Notes: generated from the sequence alone by a model not told the origin. Positions 1 to 9,936 are shown, numbered from the stretch's first letter. The stretch is 38,801 nucleotides of DNA from an uncultured archaeon (GCA_963810275.1 CAWENF010000011.1:1-38801); one strand, 5' to 3'. Translations and numbers: made by a program.

Positions 1-377
1 CTAAAAAAGGTAAACTCCGTCAAAAGCATATTTGCATTCATTTCTTAACAGGTGAAATCGATTAATGTTGAAAATAGAAAGCAAATCAACCATTACCATT
101 ACCATAACAAGTAACAATAGTATTGTAAGCCTTCATAGCAATCAAACCAATCACGAATCCTGTCAAATTATGAAGTACTCAGTCAGCGCCAAAAAAGTCA
201 TAAAACAAAGAACCACCTACCAGCACCTGAAGCATCAAAAAGGAATCCAATCACACAAACGATCTAATCATCCGGATCATTGCTAAGTCAGCTGCCATCG
301 TGAATGCTGTTATAGTAGTGCAACTGTTCTTGTTAAAAAGGCAAAAAAGTCAATTGAAAGCCAAAGACTGTGTTAAT

Positions 378-1610
378 CTACAGAACTGCTTTGTCATCGT
401 GTAGCCAGTCACGAGACTTAACCAGCGTTTTGCCTGCAAACTTAATCTCCAAAGCACCTTGATAGGGGCAGATTTCTACGCATCGAGCACAAAGCATGCA
501 TCGGGATTCGGTTACATCGCCGCCTTTCTGTTCATACATAGCCGTGGCTTGTGTGGGACAAACGCGTTTGCATACACCGCATTTGGTGCATTTCTCCTCG
601 CTCTTTACAAGCTTAGTAAGCGCTATTTGCTTGAAAGGTGTGAAACTGCTAAACAGCGCAGTTATGGCGCCGAGTGGGCAGATACGGCACCAGAATCTAC
701 GGTACCCAAGCGAGAGCAGGGTGACGATAATTAGGATTGTTAAGTTTATGGAGGTTATATAGAATCCCGCAATCCAGAAGGGTCCATACGCGATTTGTGA
801 GATGTAGTTCCAGTTCAAAGCACCCAGGCCAGTCTCGGCTAGAATGCACAGCGGACGAGCAGGGCAGACGAGGCAGAAGGGCTCGTTAATGTAGCTGACT
901 ATACCTGCTTCGGTGCCTTCGGGTCCGCCAGGTATGGTTCCGGGGATAAGTTCGTAGCCGAAAATGGCGTATGAAGCGAAAATCACACATAAAATCAGAA
1001 CTACAGCGATTATGATGTAGCGTGACTGCCCAAGTTGCTGACTCGTTTTCTCTGAGAAGCTGAAGTGTTTAATACGGGCAGCTTTGCGAATGCGTGTAAG
1101 TAGGTCTTGGTATAAACCGAATGGGCAGAGCCAGCCGCAGAAGCTGCGCCCCAAAAGAATGGAAGCTGCTACGAGCAGCCCCAGTACGACGCCGATTTTT
1201 TCAAGCCCAGACGTGGAATAGTTTACTTGGTAGCCACGAGGGTAATCCCAGAAGGGGAAAATATAAGCTTGCAGCTGCCAAAGAGCGCAGGTAACGGTCC
1301 GCCCGTTAGGATAATAGCAAGCCAATATTGGAAATGTGATGCCGTCGGGCAGTTGGTTGCCTAGCAAGTCGGCAGCTAAGAGGTGGTCTCTGGGGGATGG
1401 GCCAAGCGGTTCAAAGAGGGGAACATTAAATGGTCCAATTAATAACCCCATGAAGATAGCGAATACCGCAGCGATTTGAATGAAGAGACGTAGACTACTG
1501 ATTTTGCGTGTTTTGTCTTTGCTTAACCTGAGTATGAGTATGATACCAATTGCAACTATGATGCAGAAAATTGCCAACACAAGATAGGGGTTGTTTTCAG
1601 TTACCACCAT
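378..1610 (-). CDS. Polytopic membrane 4Fe-4S-binding protein (NapH/MauN/YccM-like ferredoxin-type)
   Basis: Several hydrophobic segments; CGWLCPFG, CLVCP and CRICPLG motifs; two C-terminal CxxCxxCxxxCP motifs (CTKCGVCKRVCP, CMLCARCVEICP). Confidence 0.85.
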   Translation of the reverse strand: MVVTENNPYLVLAIFCIIVAIGIILILRLSKDKTRKISSLRLFIQIAAVFAIFMGLLIGPFNVPLFEPLGPSPRDHLLAADLLGNQLPDGITFPILACYYPNGRTVTCALWQLQAYIFPFWDYPRGYQVNYSTSGLEKIGVVLGLLVAASILLGRSFCGWLCPFGLYQDLLTRIRKAARIKHFSFSEKTSQQLGQSRYIIIAVVLILCVIFASYAIFGYELIPGTIPGGPEGTEAGIVSYINEPFCLVCPARPLCILAETGLGALNWNYISQIAYGPFWIAGFYITSINLTILIIVTLLSLGYRRFWCRICPLGAITALFSSFTPFKQIALTKLVKSEEKCTKCGVCKRVCPTQATAMYEQKGGDVTESRCMLCARCVEICPYQGALEIKFAGKTLVKSRDWLHDDKAVL

Positions 1611-2289
1611 TACTTCGCCTCTTGTTGTACAATGCTAATACAGATGTAAAGGCAACTATGGCGGCTAAGGCACCGATTGTTGCAAGCGCAACGGAGTGTT
1701 GCTCCACCCAAGGCTTGTTGGCGTCGTTGGCGATGTTGAAGCGATATCCATAGTATGCTATAGTGAGGTTTCCTTCTATGCCCTCAACTGTGACTGTGTT
1801 GTCACTTCTAAGATGCCATGCTTTACCTTCAGCTAGAAACTCTTGACCGGCAAGCACCATCCACTCGCTCTGGTGTGTGGAGCGAGTTACGTTTAAGCCA
1901 AAATCAAAGGTTTGCTCTCCGCTTCCTTCAGCGTTGTAAGTAATTCTGCTGGATCTGCCGAATAGGTTGGAGTATTGTGAGCCGTAAAAAGTGTAAATGG
2001 TTATTTGTGAGTCCTTTGCGGACATTGTGAGGTTTCCCAGCGGAAAGGTTTCGTTTATTGCTAAATTTTTGAATATTAAAGTGCCGTTTTGAAGTGGTAC
2101 ATCTTCGTAGGAGGCGTTGAAAGCAAATCGTACAGACGCGTTTTGGCTGGGGATAGCAAACTCTGTGTCGCCGGTGAATCGAATATCGGTTTGAGCCTGC
2201 AAAACCGGGGCGGTTTCGGCTAAAACCAAAATTGAAAGAGACACCGCCAATAAGACTGGTAATGATAGGTTACGGTGGGTCGCCTTCAA
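1597..2289 (-). CDS. Hypothetical secreted protein with C-terminal membrane anchor
   Basis: N-terminal signal-like hydrophobic stretch, beta-rich body, C-terminal TM plus basic tail (YNKRRS); overlaps the start of the downstream Fe-S gene by 14 nt. Confidence 0.75.
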   Translation of the reverse strand: MKATHRNLSLPVLLAVSLSILVLAETAPVLQAQTDIRFTGDTEFAIPSQNASVRFAFNASYEDVPLQNGTLIFKNLAINETFPLGNLTMSAKDSQITIYTFYGSQYSNLFGRSSRITYNAEGSGEQTFDFGLNVTRSTHQSEWMVLAGQEFLAEGKAWHLRSDNTVTVEGIEGNLTIAYYGYRFNIANDANKPWVEQHSVALATIGALAAIVAFTSVLALYNKRRSNGGN

Positions 2290-2363
2290 AGATACACCAA
2301 TAAAAGAAAAGAGTGTATTATTGGGCTATAAGGCTTTTTGAGCCCTGCCCAAACAGTTTGAGT

Positions 2364-3089
2364 TTAGATGTCAAAGTTTTCTAAATCAGGCTTCGTTTCT
2401 GGCTTTCGCTCATCAGGTTCACCCTGTGGTTCAGGTTCAGCCTCAGGCTCTTGGGGCGGAGGCTTACTTTCAGGTTTTGGTTGAACACGACTGCTTCGGC
2501 GTCTAAGCGTCAAAATCACCAGAAATACCAAAATTAGCATTGCAGCTATTGCGATAATAGCCACATACATTAGGAGGTCAGTGGAGGATAAATCACCGTT
2601 TCCATCTGCTCCACCGGTACTGTTGGGACCTGTAGTCGGAGTAGTGTTGCCTGCAGCGACAACTTGGAAAGCTGAGCTTTGAGAGTTCCATGAGTAGTAT
2701 TGACCTGAGGAGTCTTGAGCGTCAACACCTATGTAATAGTTCTGAGTACCTAGCGCTGTGCCTACGGGCACCTCAACTATAAAGGACACTGAGTAAGGTG
2801 ACGAACCTAACGTTGCGCTCTCAAGGCTTGGGGGTCCCCGAAACCTGTCATAGCCGTTACTGTCTTGCCCCATATAGTCGGCGTGCATACCTACACGGAG
2901 GAGAGTAAATTGAGTGGCAACGTTGTTTTGGATTGTTACTGTTACAATTATGCTTCCACCAGGAGATACATTGTACGTGGATAAAGTTGCAGTGACGGTT
3001 GCCTCGTTGGTTGTTTGAGCATTAGCTGCGCCAACAGAAATGTAGGCAACCATTAATAACGTAACTAGACATACGAGCTTTAGGTTTTT
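2364..3089 (-). CDS. Hypothetical cell-surface protein (Ig-like domain, Thr/Gly linker, TM, Pro/Glu-rich cytoplasmic tail)
   Basis: Track ORF 2364..3173; start moved to the TTG near 3089 (LKNLKLVCLVTLLMV signal peptide), downstream of an AT-rich TATA-like stretch at ~3124-3140; TM followed by RRRSS. Confidence 0.7.
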   Translation of the reverse strand, partial: KNLKLVCLVTLLMVAYISVGAANAQTTNEATVTATLSTYNVSPGGSIIVTVTIQNNVATQFTLLRVGMHADYMGQDSNGYDRFRGPPSLESATLGSSPYSVSFIVEVPVGTALGTQNYYIGVDAQDSSGQYYSWNSQSSAFQVVAAGNTTPTTGPNSTGGADGNGDLSSTDLLMYVAIIAIAAMLILVFLVILTLRRRSSRVQPKPESKPPPQEPEAEPEPQGEPDERKPETKPDLENFDI

Positions 3090-3185
3090 CAATTCAATCG
3101 CACTCTGATCACATCTTTCACCTTTATAAGATATATATAATTTTTCCAGAATCACACCAGACAGCCTAAACACAGGAAGACCAAT

Positions 3186-3318
3186 CTAAGCTGTATTATC
3201 TTGGTCAACCAAGTGAGCGGTTCCGTCAGGGCAAAAACGTTCCCGCCGACTCCAACTTCGTTATACCGTCTAAGGCAAGTTTCTGCAAAGGACAGCCATC
3301 ACAATCACGCGAAATCAT
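3186..3318 (-). pseudogene. Putative frameshifted Cys-rich microprotein (reconstructed MISRDCDGCPFAETCLRRYNEVGVGGNVFCPDGTAHLVDQDNTA)
   Basis: ATG preceded by purine-rich GGAGAAGGAGAGG; adding one T to each of two T-runs gives a 44-aa frame with CxxC, C and CPDGxxH. Confidence 0.35.
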
Positions 3319-3452
3319 TTACTTGACCTCTCCTTCTCCGGAGAAAACATACGGTGTGAACAACGGATTTAAGCTAATTTACAACTCATGGTTTAAGCAC
3401 GGGTAAGCTTAATTGTGGGAAAAACTTTCAACCAGTAGGAAACCAACTAAAA

Positions 3453-3752
3453 ATGGACACATTTGCCTTCGCTAACCTGCTGCTAGATTTTGCCAGTGCA
3501 GTGAACTTCATTGCGTTACTTTGGATGCTTAGGGCAGTTATAAAAGACCGAAACGTACTGAGAGGCTTTAGCACTGTCGGAGCGTTTTTAACTTTCGTCT
3601 CAATTACGGGATTCGAGTTAGCGTATCACCTGCTGGGTAACGTTGTGGGTTTTTGGCTGGGATGGGGAACAGTGTCTTTCTGGTTTTTGGTTTTCGTCTA
3701 TACATTACGGCTCAAACTCAAAAAACACAAAGCGGAATGCACCACGGTTTAG
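3453..3752 (+). CDS. Small 3-TM membrane protein (PQ-loop/SemiSWEET-like topology)
   Basis: 99 aa, three hydrophobic helices, basic C-terminal tail. Confidence 0.65.
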   Translation: MDTFAFANLLLDFASAVNFIALLWMLRAVIKDRNVLRGFSTVGAFLTFVSITGFELAYHLLGNVVGFWLGWGTVSFWFLVFVYTLRLKLKKHKAECTTV

Positions 3753-5791
3753 TCTACTGGAAACAGGATTGTGAATTTTGTACCTTTCCCCGCAGTGCTT
3801 TCAAAACGGATGGCACCGCCGTGGGCTTCCATTACGCGTTTACATACTGCTAATCCGAAGCCTTGCCCGCGGGGTTTAGTGGTGAATAATGGTGTGAAAA
3901 TCTGGCTTTTTATGTCTTCTGAAATACCTACACCTGTATCACGAACCGTTAAAGAAATCTGGCGGGTACCGTTAAAGCTCATTTTCAAGCTCAAGTTTCC
4001 GCCCTCGGGCATGGCTTGCACGGCGTTTGTAACTAAATTGATAAGAACGCGCTTAAGCAGATGCGGATCAGCTTTCACCGCTGGGAACCCTTCAGGGCAA
4101 TCCATGCTAACAGGTATGTTTGGAGGTATAGCAATTGAGGTTAAAACCTCTTTTGCCAAACTGCAAATGTCGATTGGTTTTTTGTCTATTTGTATTGGCT
4201 GAACAAACGCCTGCAGATCCGAGACGATTTTGTCCATGTAGACAACTTGGTCTTCAATAACAGTGATACTTTCTTGCAGGCTATCTTTTACTTGACCATC
4301 TGGAAGGGTATCCACCTCTGCCTTTGCCAAATACAACTCTCCTGTCAAAGTCTGCAAAGGATTACGCAAGTCATGCCCCACCATGCCCGCTGTTTGCCCG
4401 ATAGCGATAAGGCGTTCGCTGTCTTTCAGCTGTTTTGTTCGTTCCGCCACGATTTTCTCCAAGTTGTCAGCGTGCATTTCAAGATTGTGTTGCAGCCGCT
4501 TCTGCTCACTGATATCCCGCACAATTGACCAGAGACCCACTACTTTGCCTTTGCCATCGGTTAACCGCCAAGTGCGCACCGAAGCAGGAAAAGTGGAGCC
4601 GTCTTTGCGGAGGTATTCACGTTCAAAGACTAAGGAGCGTCCAGTTTGCAGCACTTTTTGGATTATTTGTTCTCTTTGTTCATGCCACTTCGGGAGCAAA
4701 AGGTGTTTAACTGAGATTTTTTTAAGTTCTTTTCTTGTGTAGCCCAGCATTTCGGCGTAGGCGGAGTTGCAGGCAATCATTTTCCCGTGCAGGTCACGTG
4801 CCATTATGCCGTCTTGGGTGGTTTCGTAGAGGCGGCGAAAACGTTTCTCGGCAAGCATCAGGTGATTTTGAGTTTTTTTGCGTTCAGTTATGTCGTGCAC
4901 AGCCAGCAAAACGTCAACGGGCTTGTTTAAGCGATTAATAACTTGAATATCCAGCACACAGTATATGCCACGGCCGTCTTTTGTTTTACAATGAAACTCT
5001 TGTGATTCAACAATTTTTTTTCGGTCGGTAGCTCTAGCGATTTCCTCTTGAAAGCGCATAATGCTATCTGGGTATAGTAAATCAAAAGGGCTGAGGGTTA
5101 GCAATTCAGGTTCAGAGTATCCAAGAATCTCGGTCATGGCTATGTTTGCGCTTTTAAACTTTAAAGTTTCATAGTCAACTTCACATATAGCCACAGGACA
5201 TTGCTTGAGGAGCCTACGGTACCGCTCCAAACCTCCTTGTAGGATGGCTTCAATTTTTTGTTGACGACTAAGTTTGTTATCGAATTCAAGTTTCTTTGTA
5301 GTTATATCCATAAAAGATGTTAAGCAGTAGCCTTTCTTTGGGCTACAGAGCGTCACATTGAAATAGCTGCATTTGTCGCTTATTTCGAATTCTTCCGTGT
5401 TGCCGTTTTGAGCGACTTTTACGATGATGTCTGACCAATCGTTTTTTTCAAGGGTTATGTTGGGGTAAAAATCTTGGACTTTACGGTTGACGATTTGGAA
5501 TTTCTTGAATATTAACTTCTCGTTTTGAAGTTTCTCATAAGCCCCATTAAAAGCTAATGTCACAAAGTCAACGGGAACATTTGACTTGTTAAATTTCAGT
5601 TTATACAAAGCCACAGCTATGGGTAATTTATCAAAGAGAAAACGGAACTGTTCAGAGCCCAAACCTAAAGAAGTTAATAATTCGTCGGTAGGTTCAATTT
5701 CGGGTAGAGTTGATATGCTGACTTTCAAGGGAGTTAGCTTCTTTTTTGATGAACAGCGGTCATGTTCAATAGAAGTCACTACCTGTCCCAT
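3749..5791 (-). CDS. Cytoplasmic multi-PAS sensor histidine kinase
   Basis: PAS/PAC repeats ending DITTKK, DITERK, DISEQK; H-box VGHDLRNPL; N-box NLVTNAVQAM; G1 DTGVGI; F/G2 LFTTKPRGQGFGL. Confidence 0.95.
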   Translation of the reverse strand: MGQVVTSIEHDRCSSKKKLTPLKVSISTLPEIEPTDELLTSLGLGSEQFRFLFDKLPIAVALYKLKFNKSNVPVDFVTLAFNGAYEKLQNEKLIFKKFQIVNRKVQDFYPNITLEKNDWSDIIVKVAQNGNTEEFEISDKCSYFNVTLCSPKKGYCLTSFMDITTKKLEFDNKLSRQQKIEAILQGGLERYRRLLKQCPVAICEVDYETLKFKSANIAMTEILGYSEPELLTLSPFDLLYPDSIMRFQEEIARATDRKKIVESQEFHCKTKDGRGIYCVLDIQVINRLNKPVDVLLAVHDITERKKTQNHLMLAEKRFRRLYETTQDGIMARDLHGKMIACNSAYAEMLGYTRKELKKISVKHLLLPKWHEQREQIIQKVLQTGRSLVFEREYLRKDGSTFPASVRTWRLTDGKGKVVGLWSIVRDISEQKRLQHNLEMHADNLEKIVAERTKQLKDSERLIAIGQTAGMVGHDLRNPLQTLTGELYLAKAEVDTLPDGQVKDSLQESITVIEDQVVYMDKIVSDLQAFVQPIQIDKKPIDICSLAKEVLTSIAIPPNIPVSMDCPEGFPAVKADPHLLKRVLINLVTNAVQAMPEGGNLSLKMSFNGTRQISLTVRDTGVGISEDIKSQIFTPLFTTKPRGQGFGLAVCKRVMEAHGGAIRFESTAGKGTKFTILFPVD

Positions 5792-5914
5792 GCAATATTA
5801 AAAAAGAAAACATAAAAAAGTTTCCTAAAACAACAACCAAAGACCAAAAAAGATTTGTTTCACTATAAAAAAGAAAATGATAGAATAAAAAAGCTGAAAC
5901 AGAAAAAAAGGAAA

Positions 5915-7075
5915 TTAGCTGGTTAAAACTGGGCATCTTAGAGATTTAACTTTACCCAGCGCAACCGCCAAAAAGCCAACAGTCATCAAAAACAAAACTG
6001 CAACCACCGATAGTTCAGGCACCCATTCTATGCCGTTGAAAGCCACGATTTTGCCTTCGTCACCCACTGCCCAAGCCTGCAATGCACCATTAGTTGCTGC
6101 ATGAATCATTGAGACACCATTGAGGTTGACGTCTGCAACTTTAATATCACAAGTCCACATTGACCCGTCCCAATACATGACAAAGCCGTCACTACCTACG
6201 CCCCAGCCTGAAGTTGCATTAGAGAAGTCCATGTCGTAGATTGTTGAATTAATCCTAGATGAGGTTCCCTCCATTCCAAAATTAAAGTTGGTCACTTCAT
6301 TCCATGTGTCACCATTACGCATCAGAACCACTCCGTTGCCAGTTGAGCCCCCAGCAGCCATTGCGCTGGTGTCGTTGAGAACTTGAATGGTATAGAGAGG
6401 CAATACTGTTTGGCTTGTCATAGTGCTAAAACTGCTTCCATCCCAATGGAGTATAGTACCACTGTCACCAACTATCCATGCATCGTTTGACCCATGTACC
6501 ATAGCGACATCGCGCAGGGTACTTTGAGATACGCCAGTAAAGCCGTACCATGTACTTGAGGCTTCGTCCCAGCTGAGCACTATTCCGTTTGAACCTACTG
6601 CCCAACCAACTGAGCCGTCGGTGAGCATTGTGATGCCGTATAGAGTTGCGTTAACTGTATCTGTTTCATCTGGGTAGCCGCTAAAGCTAATATGAGTCCA
6701 GACTGCCCATGTGCCGTTATAGTGGAGAATAATACCTGTGTCGTCGTTTCCGCCTACTGCCCAGCCGTTGTTAGCTTCTGTGAATATCACTGAGTAAAGA
6801 TTAAGTGATGTAGGGCTGCTCTGCGTGTTCCAGTTGGCGCCGTCCCAAGAAACTATGGTTCCACTATCACCTACGGCCCAAGCATTTAGCATGTCTATGC
6901 CGTTGTCGGTGGCGGTTTGATTGTTCACAATGCAGACGGAGTTTAGTTTAACGTTTGTTGGGCTGTCGACTGAGTTAATATCGGTGGTTTGCGCTGCTGA
7001 TCCTGAAACGGCGAGAAATAGAGACAACAAACATACTATCGATATAGATTTTGAAAATTTCACCTGCCTTTGCAC
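5915..7075 (-). CDS. Secreted beta-propeller-type repeat protein (WAVG/HWDG repeats) with PEF-CTERM-like sorting signal
   Basis: Signal peptide; repeated AWAVGDxGxI..WDG units; C-terminal VPEL + TM + basic residues. Confidence 0.8.
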   Translation of the reverse strand: MQRQVKFSKSISIVCLLSLFLAVSGSAAQTTDINSVDSPTNVKLNSVCIVNNQTATDNGIDMLNAWAVGDSGTIVSWDGANWNTQSSPTSLNLYSVIFTEANNGWAVGGNDDTGIILHYNGTWAVWTHISFSGYPDETDTVNATLYGITMLTDGSVGWAVGSNGIVLSWDEASSTWYGFTGVSQSTLRDVAMVHGSNDAWIVGDSGTILHWDGSSFSTMTSQTVLPLYTIQVLNDTSAMAAGGSTGNGVVLMRNGDTWNEVTNFNFGMEGTSSRINSTIYDMDFSNATSGWGVGSDGFVMYWDGSMWTCDIKVADVNLNGVSMIHAATNGALQAWAVGDEGKIVAFNGIEWVPELSVVAVLFLMTVGFLAVALGKVKSLRCPVLTS

Positions 7076-7115
7076 CTGCCAAAAATTTTTTTATCAGATC
7101 AAGTTCAGCCAAACC

Positions 7116-7135
7116 TCACAAATATAGGTTTGTGA
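7116..7135. promoter_or_regulatory. Inverted repeat TCACAAA-N6-TTTGTGA over a TATA-like element; putative operator
   Basis: Perfect 7-bp arms 40-60 bp upstream of the 7075 start. Confidence 0.4.
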
Positions 7136-7168
7136 CTGGCACTACATAGCAACTAGAACAATGACTGT

Positions 7169-7612
7169 TTACTTGACGGTTTGATAATTGCGGAACTTCT
7201 CAATCAATTCTACGCCTTCAGGCGTTTTGAGGAACTCCACAAACAGCGATAGCTTCTGCAATGTCGGAGCACGCAAAATATGCTCGATTGCACATGCATC
7301 CCGCTCCGCAAATGTACCATCTACACCTAACAATTCCAGAAGCATCTCTAACGATGTCTGGCGTTTCTTCAGAAAACCAGCTAAGTCATTGCCTTTCTGT
7401 GTGAGAACCACGCTACGGTAGGGCGTATATTTCACGAATCCCAGGGTGTCGAGTTTTTTAAGCATACTTGTGACGCTGGGGGACTTTACGTTGAGCTGTT
7501 TGGCTATGTCGGTGACGACAGCGTAGCCGTGTTCTCTTATCAGAGCATCTATGGTTTCAAGGTATGTTTCTTCGGTACTATTAAGCCTCGCCACGGATTC
7601 AGATTCAGCCAC
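7169..7612 (-). CDS. DtxR/MntR-family metal-dependent transcriptional repressor
   Basis: EETYLETI; HTH DIAKQLNVKSPSVTSMLKKL; YTPYRSVVLT..G; dimerisation motif AERDACAIEH. Confidence 0.92.
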   Translation of the reverse strand: MAESESVARLNSTEETYLETIDALIREHGYAVVTDIAKQLNVKSPSVTSMLKKLDTLGFVKYTPYRSVVLTQKGNDLAGFLKKRQTSLEMLLELLGVDGTFAERDACAIEHILRAPTLQKLSLFVEFLKTPEGVELIEKFRNYQTVK

Positions 7613-7799
7613 TACGGGTACCCAAACTATCTTGATTCTTTTACGTTAATAAAATGATTGCCTAAGAAATCGGATTAAAACATAATAGGCAGTTTTTAAG
7701 TAAAGACCATTTCTTTGGCCCTAAAAATCAGCCTGTAATGACACCAAATCCTTAGAAACAAACATAAACCCGAAAACACGTATTAAAAACGAACTCTAT

Positions 7800-8990
7800 A
7801 TGCCGACCAACCTTCCCCCAGAAGCCTTAGACAAATGGGAACTAATCGAAGCAGCCCACACACCAAAAGAAAAAATGGATGCCATGATAGAGTTCCTTAG
7901 ATACGTCCCACACCACAAAGGCACTTTAAAACTCCGAGGAGAAATGAAACGCAAAATCGCCCTTATCCGAGAAGACTTAGACAAAAAGAAGCGTATGGGC
8001 ACAGGCAAGAGCAGCGGGGGACCCAAACTTTTCATAGAAAAAGCAGCCGCCGCACAGATTGCATTGGTCGGTATGACTAATGTAGGTAAAAGCAGCCTCA
8101 TGAACGCAACCACCAACAGCAAAGTCCAAGCCACTCCCACGCCTTTTAGCACACATGAACCCATACCTGGCATCATGAATTACATGGACGTGCAGTTTCA
8201 GATGGTCGAAGCACCTGCAGTTATGGAGGGCGCAGCTGAGGGCAAAGCCGGAGGGAACGTGACGCTAGGTCTGTCTCGCAACGCCGACGGATTGGTTTTG
8301 ATGGTCGATTTAGGCTATGATCCTGTTGAGCAATATGAGTTGATTTTGGCTGAGCTGGAGAAGACCAGGGTGCTAGTTAACAAGCCTAGCGGTGGCCGCG
8401 TGGAGATTGAGCGCAGGCCTGCGGGTTCGCGGCTCCGAATCATCATTGTAGGTAGGTTAAAGGATTGTAGTATGCGGGATGTGGAGGAGTTGCTGCGTGG
8501 CTACCGAATAAACGATGCCAATGTGCGCATAACTGGTACAGTCTCTTTAGAGGACGTGGAAGATGCCATCTACGAAAATACCGTCTATAAGCCTGCGGTG
8601 GTCGTTGCTAATAAAGCAGACCTTCCGGGGACAGCGGCTAACATGAAAAAACTCGTAGCCCATGTTAACGGGGCGCTACCGATTGTACCTATATCCTGCG
8701 AACGTAAAGTTGGCATGACGGAGCTGGGCAAAGCAATCTTTGACTCTTTGGGCATAATTCGCATATACACCAAGGAGCCCGGCAGCAAAGCCCAAAGCGA
8801 CCACCCCTTCGCTCTTCGTAAAGGTGCCACCGTCAATGATCTGACAAAAAACATCCACAAAGAGCTTCTGGAAAACTTTATTTTCGCTATGGTTTGGGGC
8901 AAGCGTCTGCCTTTTAGCCCCAAGAAGGTTGGGTTGAATTTTAAGCTTGAAGACGGCGATATTGTAGAAATTCACGCAAAGACTATATAA
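7800..8990 (+). CDS. OBG/DRG-family GTP-binding protein with C-terminal TGS domain
   Basis: PHHKGT N-terminus; G1 GMTNVGKS; G2 PFST; G4 NKAD; TGS IRIYTKEPG...LEDGDIVEIH. Confidence 0.92.
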   Translation: MPTNLPPEALDKWELIEAAHTPKEKMDAMIEFLRYVPHHKGTLKLRGEMKRKIALIREDLDKKKRMGTGKSSGGPKLFIEKAAAAQIALVGMTNVGKSSLMNATTNSKVQATPTPFSTHEPIPGIMNYMDVQFQMVEAPAVMEGAAEGKAGGNVTLGLSRNADGLVLMVDLGYDPVEQYELILAELEKTRVLVNKPSGGRVEIERRPAGSRLRIIIVGRLKDCSMRDVEELLRGYRINDANVRITGTVSLEDVEDAIYENTVYKPAVVVANKADLPGTAANMKKLVAHVNGALPIVPISCERKVGMTELGKAIFDSLGIIRIYTKEPGSKAQSDHPFALRKGATVNDLTKNIHKELLENFIFAMVWGKRLPFSPKKVGLNFKLEDGDIVEIHAKTI

Positions 8991-9346
8991 AGTATATTTT
9001 TTCACAACTCAAAAGGCTATTTGATTGACAAAAATTTCATGTACCAAACGCGCGTAAGTGACGCTTTTGGAGAGATTTGGTAGTCGATTCTTCAGTAAGA
9101 AGACTTGTTCGAAGTGGAATTGCAAGAAAATGTATCGTGAAAGGGCACCAGTCTAAAAACACATAAGATATTTGTTAGAGTCGGTACGCGTCGGTGGAAT
9201 ATCAGCGAGAGCGAGATTCTTCGTATCAATCATATGAATATGAATTAGGTCAATGAATTATGTTTAATCAAAGAGCGTAGACACCTAAAACAAGCGGCAT
9301 TAACAAAAAAATAGATAAAATTAAAAGAAGAAAAGGAAAGGTTTGT

Positions 9347-9931
9347 TTATCTGCTGCTCTGCGCAACACGTTCGATTTCGTTGCGTTTTGCCACGCCAGC
9401 GGATTTTATGTCTTTGTTTGCCGCCAGGATGAGTTCATCTGCGACTGTTTCTTGGATACTACGTGAGTTGTTGATTGAGGCTGTTCTTGCGCCTGCGGTA
9501 ATGTGACGGATTGCCAAGTCAATGCGGCGTTGTGGTGCAACGTCCACGGAGAGATGGTAAACGACGCCACCGTAGCTGATGCGTGTAGTGTCTTCTGCTG
9601 GTGCGCTGTTGACGACTGCTTGGACCAAGACGTCAATTGGGTTTTTGCCGGTTTTTACGTTGATGATTTCGAATGCTTCTTTGACAAAGTTGGTTGCTTT
9701 GGCTTTTTTGCCTGCGTTCTTGCCGCTACGCATTAGACCATTGATTAGGCGTTCGACTATGTTAACTTTGGCTTTTCTGAAACGTTGGTGTTCGTGGCGA
9801 CCCATGCTGTGTGGGGCAACCATTGGGGTGAGGTTCAGGTATCGTTGCAGTCCAATGTCATCTACTGTAATGTCTTTGAAGCTCCATTTCTGGAAAAGCA
9901 TGATTTCTTGAGGTTGAGAAACTTGGGACAT
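9347..9931 (-). CDS. rps7: 30S ribosomal protein S7 (uS7)
   Basis: Archaeal S7 motifs GRHEHQRFRKAKVNIVERL, SVDVAPQRRIDLA, ERVAQSSR. Confidence 0.98.
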   Translation of the reverse strand: MSQVSQPQEIMLFQKWSFKDITVDDIGLQRYLNLTPMVAPHSMGRHEHQRFRKAKVNIVERLINGLMRSGKNAGKKAKATNFVKEAFEIINVKTGKNPIDVLVQAVVNSAPAEDTTRISYGGVVYHLSVDVAPQRRIDLAIRHITAGARTASINNSRSIQETVADELILAANKDIKSAGVAKRNEIERVAQSSR

Positions 9932-9936
9932 AATAT

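Noticed and set aside
1-376. 73-aa ORF 65..286 and a possible degraded membrane-anchored gene
   Set aside because: Low-complexity A-rich sequence; hydrophobic fragments occur in different frames but no family is recognisable
2410-2470. GGTTCA/GGCTC short repeats
   Set aside because: They simply encode the Pro-Glu-rich tail of the surface protein
5792-5914. Very A-rich tract
   Set aside because: Consistent with minus-strand oligo-T terminator and promoter sequence; no repeat unit or ORF
8991-9346. 356-bp gap between the GTPase and rps7
   Set aside because: Only stop-riddled frames; no tRNA, C/D box pair or stable structure I can support
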